Assembly (NCBI GenBank): GCA_051252135.1
Contig: JBPOGH010000002.1
Span: 224,001 to 288,000, forward strand
Length of the DNA: 64,000 bases
Source: Verrucomicrobiaceae bacterium
GTDB lineage: Bacteria > Verrucomicrobiota > Verrucomicrobiia > Verrucomicrobiales > Akkermansiaceae
Direction: 5' to 3'
Each line of letters begins with the position of its first letter. The stretch's first letter is position 1. Both the position numbers and the translations under genes were made by a program. The notes beneath the pieces are model-generated. The model saw nothing but the letters and a program-made list of their open reading frames with translations, did no database searches and was not told where the DNA came from. This document shows positions 47,266 to 56,129 of this stretch, one piece after another.

Positions 47266-48138
47266 ATGAAATTATCCCTACCCGTTTCGCTCCTCCTTTT
47301 GGCTGTTCCCCATGTGTCGTTTGCAAAGGACGAGGTGGTGGTGGCTGATGACAAGGCTTATGTTCTTTATCAAGAGAATCACGTTCTGCCGGCAGGCACC
47401 GTATTGGAGCGTTCGCTCAGTAACACGGTGAAGGACGGGAAGCTCAAGATTTCCATGCAGGGAGAGATGATGGACGGCGGGATGACGATGGAGACGACGG
47501 AGTCTGACAAGCTGGAGTCTCTGGAAGGCGGGAAGTATCGCTACACATTGGTGTCGAGTGATGAGAGCCAGCAGATGACCCTCATGGGTCAGCCGATGCC
47601 GGCCAATGCCAAGGTGAACGTCATGGTGGGCAAGGCGGTGGTACTGTCCAAGGTCGAAGGCAAGTGGGTTGGTAAGCTTGAGGAAGGAGAGGCGACGATT
47701 GAGCAGAACGCCGAGATCGTCAAAATCCAGACCCGTTTGAACGAAGATCCGAGTGCCAAGCTTTATGGCACGGCTCCGCGCAAAGTGGGTGACGAGTGGG
47801 AGTCGGACGCAGCGGGGATGATGGGACTTGAGGATTTCAACGGCAAGGTGAAGACGAAGTTTGTCAAAATCGAAAAGTTCCAGGGTGTCGCCTGCGCGGT
47901 GCTCCACAGCACGATCGAATTGAACGGAACGGTCGATGAAATGGAAGAGATGACGATGAGCCTGACGGGCACGGTTGATAGCCGTCGTTCTCTCAAGGAC
48001 TTGGAGGACTTGAGTTTTGAAATGAAAGGCACCATGAAAATGAACGGTGCGATGGAGCCCCAGCCCGGTCTTGCGGTGAAGATGGAAATGACCGGTCCGA
48101 TGGCGATGACCGGTAAAGCGACGCTGACCCGTCCGTAG
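47266..48138 (+). CDS. Secreted Met-rich beta-sheet hypothetical protein
   Basis: Signal peptide MKLSLPVSLLLLAVP; KVGDEW motif; ATG 47266. Confidence 0.7.
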   Translation: MKLSLPVSLLLLAVPHVSFAKDEVVVADDKAYVLYQENHVLPAGTVLERSLSNTVKDGKLKISMQGEMMDGGMTMETTESDKLESLEGGKYRYTLVSSDESQQMTLMGQPMPANAKVNVMVGKAVVLSKVEGKWVGKLEEGEATIEQNAEIVKIQTRLNEDPSAKLYGTAPRKVGDEWESDAAGMMGLEDFNGKVKTKFVKIEKFQGVACAVLHSTIELNGTVDEMEEMTMSLTGTVDSRRSLKDLEDLSFEMKGTMKMNGAMEPQPGLAVKMEMTGPMAMTGKATLTRP

Positions 48139-48206
48139 GGTTGGCGATCGAGGATTGAATCAATGCGCACCACCTTGCGGTGGCTGCGCATTTTTGTTGG
48201 TGATCA

Positions 48207-48785
48207 TTACAGTCCCGAAATGATGAGCTCGATCTGGCGACGATGGATTCTCATGTGGATAGCGGTGAGGGCGTGCCAGCCGTGGGCGTCGAGGGGGCCG
48301 AACCAGGGGTGGTTGTGGGTGAGGGGGGTGTGGAGATCGTCGATGCCGGCGATGGTTTTTTGAAGGACGGTGGAGGCCTTTTGAAAGGTGGGGAGGATGT
48401 CAGGGCCGGTGCCGGGTTCGGGTTTGACGTCCTGGGTGCGGACTTCGAGATCAGGTGATTTCCCCCGGGCGATACTGCGGATGACACCGGCGATGCCGAG
48501 ATTGACGATGGCGAGGTGGCTGAGGGTCATGTAGGTCGACCAGTGGCGGCTGCTGTCCTCGATCCCTCTGATTCGTTTGATGAGAACAGGGGTGGCGGCT
48601 TGTTCTTCGGTGAGAGAAGCGACAAGAGTCATGATTTTTTCCTCCTCGGCGAGGAAGAGTCGGGTGAACCAATCGCGTGATTTGATTTTTCGGAGGAGGG
48701 GAAAGATGAATCCCATGATGATTTGCTCGCGTTTGCGAAGGCCGGCGCCCGGGGCTTCAAGTTGTGGGTTTTCCTGCTTGTTCAT
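48207..48785 (-). CDS. DinB family protein
   Basis: WS..TLSHL, HNHPWFGPL..W..IHMRIHRRQI; ATG 48785 preferred over the ORF-track start at 49049. Confidence 0.85.
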   Translation of the reverse strand: MNKQENPQLEAPGAGLRKREQIIMGFIFPLLRKIKSRDWFTRLFLAEEEKIMTLVASLTEEQAATPVLIKRIRGIEDSSRHWSTYMTLSHLAIVNLGIAGVIRSIARGKSPDLEVRTQDVKPEPGTGPDILPTFQKASTVLQKTIAGIDDLHTPLTHNHPWFGPLDAHGWHALTAIHMRIHRRQIELIISGL

Positions 48786-48827
48786 TACTTGCAAAATGAA
48801 AGTGAAAATAGTGGTGATATGCAAGTA
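48786..48827. promoter_or_regulatory. Tandem HxlR/YodB-type operator boxes
   Basis: TACT-N11-AGTG (48786-48804) and TAGT-N11-AGTA (48809-48827) between divergent dinB and hxlR. Confidence 0.65.
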
Positions 48828-48848
48828 AAGTTTTGGCATGGTTTTTTT

Positions 48849-49199
48849 GTGGCAGAGAAAAGAGAGCAGCAAAGCTGGCGTTCCCCGTGTCCGGTTTCGC
48901 GAGTTTTGGAGATCATGGGGGACCGATGGTCTTTGTTGGTGGTGCGTGATTTGATGTTGGGGAGAACTCGATTTAAGGAGTTTATGGCTTCGCCCGAAGG
49001 GATCCCGACGAACATTCTGACCGACCGACTCAATCGACTGATGGAGCATGGGGTGATTGAAAAGAAGCCTGTCTCGGAGGGTGCAAAAAGATTTGCCTAT
49101 GAGCTGACTGAAAAGGGGGAGGCTCTTCGGCCGGTGCTCCGATCGATGATGAAGTGGGGGCTTCAGTTTGAGGAGGGGACAGAACTGGGAATGCGGTAA
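48849..49199 (+). CDS. HxlR (DUF24/MarR) family winged-helix regulator
   Basis: RSPCPV..GDRWSLLVVRDL..RF..LTDRL..YELTEKG; GTG 48849. Confidence 0.9.
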   Translation: MAEKREQQSWRSPCPVSRVLEIMGDRWSLLVVRDLMLGRTRFKEFMASPEGIPTNILTDRLNRLMEHGVIEKKPVSEGAKRFAYELTEKGEALRPVLRSMMKWGLQFEEGTELGMR

Positions 49200-49223
49200 C
49201 TGTTCCTTATGGGGCAGTAGTGT

Positions 49224-52130
49224 TTGTCAACGGGTGGTTCGCTGGGCAGGGTAGTTGTCGTGAGAGATGAAGTGTCTGTTGTTTTGGCGATCTGTGCGTT
49301 GGCAGGAATGGAGGTCTGCGCCGATCCCCTGGGTCTTCGAATGGAGCAAGGGAGTGAATTGACATGGCCGACAACCTTGGGAAATACCTATCAGCTGCAA
49401 TGGGCCGAAACGACTGCGGGCCCCTGGAATGATCACGGGGTGTCATTTTTGGGAGATGGAATGGACCGTTCGATTTTTGAACCGGGAGAAGCGGGAGTCC
49501 GGGTTTATCGTGTCGAAGAAGTGGTGCCGGGGGAGGAGCCTCTGCCTGAGATTCCCTTCAATGCAGGTTTTGAATCGGGGACTGATGAGGATCCTGACAA
49601 TTGGACGAGGGGTGGAAATCAGGTGCCGGTGCGGACAAGTGATGATGCCCACAGCGGATCATTTTGTATTCGGGCGGCTTTGGTGAATGTGAATTCGGTT
49701 CCGAGCGAGGGCAGCTTGAATCAGCGGATTGGATCGGTGGGGGGAACGATCGTTGCGGGAGAGAGTCATGATTTTTCATTTTGGGCAAAGAAGGTGAGCT
49801 CGGGTCCTTCTTATGTTCAGCAGTATCAACTTCAGTGGTTGGATGATGCGGGGAGTTCGCTCGGGGGAACAGGGCTTAAGAATTTTAGTGGAGAGACGGG
49901 GGTCTGGGTTCAGGTGGAGGAGGCCAATTTGATTGCTCCTCCGGGTGCGGTGGATGCGCGGGTGAGGTTTCGTTTTGTCACCGGTGCGGTGGCTGATGGT
50001 CATGGGGAGGTGCTCATTGATGACGTGAGTATCGGAAGGGATACGGGTCCGGTTGATCCGGGAGAGACCCACCTCACGTCGTTGGTGCCGACTCCGGCAT
50101 TCCGGATGAGTTGGCCATCGGTTCAGGGGGTTCCTTATCAGCCGAAGTTGTCGACTGACTTGGTGGTTTGGGAAAACATGCTTCCTGCGATCAATGGAGA
50201 TGGGGGGACGAAGGAGTTTTTGGTTCCGGCGATCGAGGATGTCGGGTTCTACCGTTTGGAATATCCGGGTCCGCCTGTTGATCCGGAGCTGGAGGGCGAA
50301 ATTGTGGCGCTTTATAACACGGGGACAGTGCTGGAGCCGGCGACGACGGTCGATACGCCTGAGGCGCTCGTTACTTACTTTGCGGATCGGGCGCGGGATC
50401 GGCATGCGCGGGAGGCGAACTTTCATTCCTATGACCATTATCTTCCCTGGTATTGGGAGGAGCGGACGATTGAGCTAGAGATCGTCGATAAGGTGGCGAA
50501 GGGAGGGGATGAGATTGTTTTTAATTACAAAACGCTGACGCCATTGGGGGCGGCTGAGTTTCGCGCATTCTTCCGGGGGATTGGAACGGTGGCGGAGTAT
50601 CACAGCAATCAAATCGCGGAACTGGTGGGTCCGAATGAGTATCAGGCGAAGCTCGATGTTCGTTTGCCGGACTACAAGGATCTGGAGATAGGTGATCGGG
50701 TTGAGATTGAGATCAGTCAGTTTATTGAAGCGGCTACGAACGGACGGAACAATTATTACGGGACGACGTTTCTCTACATTATCGGGCAGGGGATTGTTCC
50801 CTGGGAGGGGGTGACCTTGCCAGGCGGGCCGCCGCTTGATTCTTATCCGCTTCCGGAGGTTGCGTGGCTGGGTGGGTTGACGACCTTGCCGTATCAGTAT
50901 TCGAATGAGCCGGAGCATCGCTTTAAGCAGACGGCGGGCAACATTGCTCCGATCAGCGCGCAGCCGTTTATGCTCGGGCGTCGTTTGCATCATACCGACT
51001 TTGGGAGTGGTGCGCATTCGGAGTCCGGGAATCCGGTGTTTGCGGATCAAGTGGGGAAGTTGGGACCTCATTACATTGCGAACAGCTGTGTGGATTGCCA
51101 TGTGAACAATGGACGGGCTCTTCCTCCGGTGCCGGGCGCGCCGATGCTGCAGACGGTGATGAAGGTGGGGGCCGATGCACTTGGTGCGCCTCATCCTTCC
51201 ATGGGTTCGGTTCTGCAGGTTCAGGCTGAGGGAGTGCCGGTCGAAGGAGGGGTGACCATTTCGAGCTACACCGAGACTGCCGGACAGTATGGGGACGGGA
51301 CGGCGTTTTCGCTGCGCAAGCCGAACTATGCATTTACCGGGACGGTGCCTCAGTTTTTCTCAGCCCGTCTGGCGAGTCCCTTGGTTGGATTGGGTTTGCT
51401 GGAGGCGGTGAGTGAAGCGACGATCATGGCGATGGCGGATCCGGAGGATACGAATGCGGACGGCATCTCGGGACGTTATCAAACGGTGATTGATCCGGAG
51501 ACGGGCGAGAAGCGGCTGGGAAGATTTACGGGGAAGGGCGGGAAGGCGCGGCTTAAACACCAGATCGCAGGAGCGCTCAGCACGGACATGGGGGTGACGA
51601 CATCGGTCTTTCCGATTCCCGAAGGAGGGAGCACGCCGGAAACTCCCGAGTTGGGCGATGATGATTTGGACAAGCTGACACGATACATTGCGCTGCTTGG
51701 AGTGGGTGCCCGTCGTGATCTGGACAGTGTGCAAGCGCTTCAGGGTGAGCAGTTATTTTCGAGTGCACAATGTATCAAGTGCCATGTGCCGCAGCTTCAG
51801 ACCGGGCCTTTTCACCCGATGACGGAGCTTCGTAATCAGACGATCCGGCCATACACGGACCTTCTTCTTCATGACATGGGTCCGGGGTTAGCGGACAATA
51901 TGGGGGAGGACGGGGCAAGTGGGTCGGAGTGGAGAACTCCTCCCTTATGGAACATTGGGTTGACTGACGGGGTGAGTGGAGGAGAGGCCTATCTTCATGA
52001 TGGAAGGGCGCGGAGTCTTGAGGAGGCGATTCTCTGGCATGGGGGAGAGGCGGAGGGTTCGAAGGAAGCCTTTCGGATGATGTCGGCCGCTGATCGGGAG
52101 GCTTTGATCGCGTTTCTTAGATCGCTGTGA
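49224..52130 (+). CDS. Di-heme oxidoreductase (DHOR) family protein with N-terminal CBM4/9-like domain
   Basis: LGP..SCVDCH..GR, LVGLGLLEAV, CIKCH, YTDLLLHDMG, WRTPPLW, YLHDGRAR; NAGFE..IDDVS CBM; start uncertain. Confidence 0.88.
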   Translation: MSTGGSLGRVVVVRDEVSVVLAICALAGMEVCADPLGLRMEQGSELTWPTTLGNTYQLQWAETTAGPWNDHGVSFLGDGMDRSIFEPGEAGVRVYRVEEVVPGEEPLPEIPFNAGFESGTDEDPDNWTRGGNQVPVRTSDDAHSGSFCIRAALVNVNSVPSEGSLNQRIGSVGGTIVAGESHDFSFWAKKVSSGPSYVQQYQLQWLDDAGSSLGGTGLKNFSGETGVWVQVEEANLIAPPGAVDARVRFRFVTGAVADGHGEVLIDDVSIGRDTGPVDPGETHLTSLVPTPAFRMSWPSVQGVPYQPKLSTDLVVWENMLPAINGDGGTKEFLVPAIEDVGFYRLEYPGPPVDPELEGEIVALYNTGTVLEPATTVDTPEALVTYFADRARDRHAREANFHSYDHYLPWYWEERTIELEIVDKVAKGGDEIVFNYKTLTPLGAAEFRAFFRGIGTVAEYHSNQIAELVGPNEYQAKLDVRLPDYKDLEIGDRVEIEISQFIEAATNGRNNYYGTTFLYIIGQGIVPWEGVTLPGGPPLDSYPLPEVAWLGGLTTLPYQYSNEPEHRFKQTAGNIAPISAQPFMLGRRLHHTDFGSGAHSESGNPVFADQVGKLGPHYIANSCVDCHVNNGRALPPVPGAPMLQTVMKVGADALGAPHPSMGSVLQVQAEGVPVEGGVTISSYTETAGQYGDGTAFSLRKPNYAFTGTVPQFFSARLASPLVGLGLLEAVSEATIMAMADPEDTNADGISGRYQTVIDPETGEKRLGRFTGKGGKARLKHQIAGALSTDMGVTTSVFPIPEGGSTPETPELGDDDLDKLTRYIALLGVGARRDLDSVQALQGEQLFSSAQCIKCHVPQLQTGPFHPMTELRNQTIRPYTDLLLHDMGPGLADNMGEDGASGSEWRTPPLWNIGLTDGVSGGEAYLHDGRARSLEEAILWHGGEAEGSKEAFRMMSAADREALIAFLRSL

Positions 52131-52216
52131 AATCGCACTCGCAATTTTTCACGGAACTTCTGTGAAGGTCCACCAGATGGTCTGGGCATTCCGGTGAGGC
52201 AGGGTATCGTCCGGTG

Positions 52217-52678
52217 ATGGCGATTGAGATTGAGCGAAAGTTTTTGGTGAAGGGGGAGATTCCCGAGGGTGTGAGCACGGAAATGGTGCAGGCCTACTTG
52301 AGCTTGGATCCGGAGCGGACGGTGCGGGTGAGGTTGGAGGGAGAGGTGGCGAAATTGACGATCAAGGGTCGGAGTGAGGGGATTTCGCGGAAGGAGTTTG
52401 AGTATGAGATCCCGGAAGAGGATGCACGGGAACTGATGGCTCTGGCGATCGGCGCTCCGGTGGAGAAAACGCGGACACGAATTGAAGTGGGAAAACACCT
52501 TTGGGAGGTGGATGTGTTTCGGGGGGCGAATGCGGGATTGGTTTTGGCGGAAGTGGAGCTGGGGTCGGAGGACGAGGTGCCCGTCCTTCCGGATTGGGTG
52601 GGCGAGGAGGTGTCTGATGATCCCCGCTACTTTAATTCGTATCTTGCGCGGAGCCCGTTCGCGGAGTGGGGGGAGTAG
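52217..52678 (+). CDS. CYTH domain protein
   Basis: EIERKFLV, VRVR, LTIKG, EFEY, EKTR, EVD, AEVEL. Confidence 0.93.
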   Translation: MAIEIERKFLVKGEIPEGVSTEMVQAYLSLDPERTVRVRLEGEVAKLTIKGRSEGISRKEFEYEIPEEDARELMALAIGAPVEKTRTRIEVGKHLWEVDVFRGANAGLVLAEVELGSEDEVPVLPDWVGEEVSDDPRYFNSYLARSPFAEWGE

Positions 52679-52702
52679 GGAGGTGGTTGTGGACCACCAG
52701 GT

Positions 52703-53056
52703 TTAGGAGCCGGGGTCGATTCTCAGATCAGCGACGATTTCTCCGCCGATGAGGTGTTGTTGGATGATGAGTTCGAGGTTTTCGGGGGTGGCGGAGTGGT
52801 ACCAGACGGCCTCGGGGTAGACGACGGCGATGGGGCCCTGGATGCAGATGCGGAGGCAGTCGGCCTTGGTGCGGTGGACGAGGGATTGGGGGCCACAGAG
52901 GCCGAGTTCCTTGAGGCGATTTTTGAGAAATTGCCAGGAGGCCATGCCCTCGTCCGGGGCACAGCATTTGGCCTCGGTGGGGGTGGCGCAGAGGAAGATG
53001 TGGCGTTGGTAGGTGTCGAGGTTGAGCGACCTGGCGACGGAGTGGAGATCGGGCAT
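52703..53056 (-). CDS. Thioredoxin-like [2Fe-2S] ferredoxin
   Basis: HIFLC..KCC..ADCLRIC..GP..VYPE..WY..HL..G. Confidence 0.88.
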   Translation of the reverse strand: MPDLHSVARSLNLDTYQRHIFLCATPTEAKCCAPDEGMASWQFLKNRLKELGLCGPQSLVHRTKADCLRICIQGPIAVVYPEAVWYHSATPENLELIIQQHLIGGEIVADLRIDPGS

Positions 53057-53074
53057 GGAGTTGAATTTGGCTAT

Positions 53075-54601
53075 TTACTCTCTAGTGCGGCCTTTGGCGA
53101 TGTGGGCGGCGAGTTCCGCTTTGAGGCGGTCGGCGATCTTGGAGTGGCCTTTGATGATGTCGACCTTTTCGGAGGGGTCGTTGGAGAGGTCGTAGAGCTG
53201 AAACTTGGGAACTTTGTTCCGGGTGAGTGTCATTTCGACTTTGGTGTTGAAGGCGGTTCCTTTTTCGTGGGAGGTGAGCTTCCAGTTGCCGGAGCGGTAG
53301 CCATGGTTTCCTTTGCCGCCGTTGTCCTGCTGGATGAGGTGGTTGCGTCCGATGGCTTTGGGTTTTCCAAGGAGGGCGTCGGAGAGGTCCAGGCTATCGA
53401 GGAAGGCGTCGGCTGGGATTTCGGTGCCGGTGAGGGCGGCGAGGGAGGTGGCGAGGTCGATGGTGCAAACGACTTGTTCGGAGGTGCCCGGGGGGATGGT
53501 GCCTTTCCAGGAAGTGATGAAGGGGGTGCGGGTGCCGCCCTCGTAGATGGAGTATTTTCCGCCTTTGAAGGGGCCGGCGGCCTTGTGGGTGCCGATTTTT
53601 TCGATGGCGTCGTCCTTGTAGCCGTCGTCCATGACGGGGCCGTTATCGGAGCAGAAGACGATGAGGGTGTTTTCGGTGAGGCCGAGGCGGTCGAGGGTTT
53701 TGGTGATCTCGCCTACGGTCCAATCGAGCTGGACGATGGAGTCGGCGCGGAAGCCGTGGGGGGTGACGCCCTGGAAGCGTTCGTGCGGGATGCGGGGGAC
53801 GTGGAGATCGTGTGAGGCGTAGAAGAGGAAGAAGGGTTTGTCTTTGTTTTGCTCGATGAACTCGACGGATTTTTCGACCCATTTGTCGGCGAGGTCTTCA
53901 TCGCGGAAGCGTGCTTTGTGGCCGCCGGTGTAGAAGCCGATGCGGGAGATGCCATTGTGAATGGTGGCGTTGTGCCCGTGGGACCAGTCCATCTTGAGTG
54001 AGTCGCGATGGGTGACGCCGGTGGGGTGGTCGGGGGAGGGTTTTTTGTTTCCGACCCAGAGGGGGTCGGCGGGGTCGAGGTTGAGGACGCGGCTCTCGGT
54101 GACGTAGACCTGGGGGACGCGGTCGTTGGTGGTGGGGAGGAGGAAGTGGTGGTCGAAGCCGATTTCGCGGGGGCTGGGTTTGAGTTCGCCGTTCCAATCG
54201 GGGCCTTTTCCCTTTTCGCCGAGGCCGAGGTGCCACTTGCCGACGACGCCGGTTTGGTAGCCGGCTTTTTTCATGAGGTCGGGAAGAGTGAAGGTGTCCT
54301 GATCGATGACGAGGTGACCGTTTGGCGGAGCGATTCCGGTGCCGGGCTTGCGGAAGGCGTAGATGCCGGTGAGAAAGGAGTAGCGGGTGGGGGTGCAGGT
54401 GGAGGCGGAGCAGTAGCCGCTGGTGAAGCGCTGGCCGGAGGCGGCGAGGGCGTCGATGTGTGGAGTTTTGAAGGTGGAGGCGCCGTAGCAGGAGAGATCG
54501 CCGTAGCCCATGTCATCGGCCATGATGACGATGACGTTTGGTTTTTCAGCGGCGAAGTTGACCTGAATGAGGCCGAGGAGAAGGATGGAGAGAATTTTCA
54601 T
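53075..54601 (-). CDS. Arylsulfatase (Cys-type)
   Basis: KPNVIVIMADDMGYGD, CTPTR, GKWHLG, SDNGP; start MKILSILL at 54601. Confidence 0.93.
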   Translation of the reverse strand: MKILSILLLGLIQVNFAAEKPNVIVIMADDMGYGDLSCYGASTFKTPHIDALAASGQRFTSGYCSASTCTPTRYSFLTGIYAFRKPGTGIAPPNGHLVIDQDTFTLPDLMKKAGYQTGVVGKWHLGLGEKGKGPDWNGELKPSPREIGFDHHFLLPTTNDRVPQVYVTESRVLNLDPADPLWVGNKKPSPDHPTGVTHRDSLKMDWSHGHNATIHNGISRIGFYTGGHKARFRDEDLADKWVEKSVEFIEQNKDKPFFLFYASHDLHVPRIPHERFQGVTPHGFRADSIVQLDWTVGEITKTLDRLGLTENTLIVFCSDNGPVMDDGYKDDAIEKIGTHKAAGPFKGGKYSIYEGGTRTPFITSWKGTIPPGTSEQVVCTIDLATSLAALTGTEIPADAFLDSLDLSDALLGKPKAIGRNHLIQQDNGGKGNHGYRSGNWKLTSHEKGTAFNTKVEMTLTRNKVPKFQLYDLSNDPSEKVDIIKGHSKIADRLKAELAAHIAKGRTRE

Positions 54602-54696
54602 AGGATGATTTGTTGGCATGGGTATGTCATGCGGAGAGGTGATGGTGCAAGGGTAGAGGAAAATAAGGTATTGAGCCCGAGGTCGCTGATGTGCGG

Positions 54697-56112
54697 TCAA
54701 ATCCTCCCCAAAAAGGTAGCCACATCACCCGGAGTCAAAGATTGCCCGGTAGCACCGGCAACCAAGGCCAATTCGGCGGCCCGCCCTGCGAGGTACGCTC
54801 CCGCTCTCGCGGCATCAAAAGGGGATAATCCGGAAGCCATCAAGGCCCCGAGCAGACCTGAAAGCAGATCACCCTGACCACCGGTCGCCATCGCCGGAGT
54901 GCCTGTGGTATTGAAATGAAGGTTTTTCTCCGCTTGGGTGACGATGGTGCGTGCTCCTTTAAGAAGGAGAGTTGCGGCGCATGCCGAGGTGAACCGGCGC
55001 GCCCGTTCCGCGCGGGTTCCCTCGCCGGAAACAAGACGTGCCATTTCACCCGGGTGCGGGGTGGCGAGGACATTCTCACCCAACAAGGAGAGTTGGTTGT
55101 TTTCCGCAATCAGATTGAGGGCGTCGGCATCGAGAACCAGGGGTCTGGAATTCGTTTGTAAAAAGCGGGTCAGTTTTTCGCCTGTTTTCCCATCGGTTCC
55201 CAGGCCCGGTCCGATGACAAAAGCATCCGCTTCCAGATCATGCCAATTCTCCGGTCGCTCGCGGAGCATGATCTCGGGAGGAAGGAGTGGCAGCATGAGT
55301 TCTACCTCACCTGGCTCGACGTAGAGTGAAATCAGACCGCCCCCTCCCCGCAAGGCACCTGTTGCGCAAAGGCTGGCCGCTCCCCGCGTCCCCGGTGCTC
55401 CGGCGATGATGGCAATTTTTCCGGCCATCCCCTTATGAAAACTGAAAGGACGCGGCGGCAAGAGATTCCGCACTGTCCCGGCCGTGGTGAGCCGATCGCC
55501 TTCGCCCGGACACGGCAATTCCTCCACTTCGATTAAACTCAAGCGTCCCACAAAATCAATGGCCCGATCGGCGATCAATCCTCTTTTGGGAATCCCAACC
55601 GTCAGGGTGTGATCGGCAATCACCGCGCCCCCTTCTCCGGTGTCGGCATTGAGCCCTGATGGCAAGTCCATCGCGATGGTGCGCGCGCCTTCCGTGATCC
55701 GGAGTCGGTTCATCTCCTCCGCCATCCCCGCCAAGGGTTCGCGCAAGGCGCCCTCGCTCCCGATTCCCAACAAGCCATCGAGGAGCAGCAGCGGCCCCCT
55801 CCGAAATCCCGTGACATCATCACCCAGTTCATTCCACATCCATCCCGTTAGTGGTGCCAGTTCCTCCCGCCGGAATGCCGACCGTACTTCCACGGCCCAC
55901 CCGGCATCCTTCAAATGACGTGCCATGACCAGCGCGTCACCGGCATTGTGACCTTTTCCGAGAAATGCGATCACGCTTCCCGGTGTGGCATGATCACGGA
56001 GAATCACTCCGGCCATGCGCCGCCCCACCTTTTCCATCAGGGCTTCCGGAGTAGCCCCTTTTTCAAAGGCGAGCTCCTCGATTTTCTGCATCTCCGCGCA
56101 AGTGACCATCAC
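54697..56112 (-). CDS. nnr: Bifunctional NAD(P)H-hydrate epimerase/dehydratase
   Basis: GKGHNAGD, DGLLGIG, DLPSG, HKG..G, IGPGLG, LDADAL, TPHPGE, LKG, TGGQGDLLSG. Confidence 0.94.
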   Translation of the reverse strand: MMVTCAEMQKIEELAFEKGATPEALMEKVGRRMAGVILRDHATPGSVIAFLGKGHNAGDALVMARHLKDAGWAVEVRSAFRREELAPLTGWMWNELGDDVTGFRRGPLLLLDGLLGIGSEGALREPLAGMAEEMNRLRITEGARTIAMDLPSGLNADTGEGGAVIADHTLTVGIPKRGLIADRAIDFVGRLSLIEVEELPCPGEGDRLTTAGTVRNLLPPRPFSFHKGMAGKIAIIAGAPGTRGAASLCATGALRGGGGLISLYVEPGEVELMLPLLPPEIMLRERPENWHDLEADAFVIGPGLGTDGKTGEKLTRFLQTNSRPLVLDADALNLIAENNQLSLLGENVLATPHPGEMARLVSGEGTRAERARRFTSACAATLLLKGARTIVTQAEKNLHFNTTGTPAMATGGQGDLLSGLLGALMASGLSPFDAARAGAYLAGRAAELALVAGATGQSLTPGDVATFLGRI

Positions 56113-56129
56113 CGTGTCAGGGTATCAGC

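Noticed and set aside
48786..49049. N-terminal extension of DinB in the ORF track
   Set aside because: Antisense to hxlR and runs through the operator; ATG 48785 fits better
49267..49360. Out-of-frame ATG suggesting a frameshift at the DHOR start
   Set aside because: In-frame TTG/GTG starts precede a plausible signal peptide; no frameshift is needed
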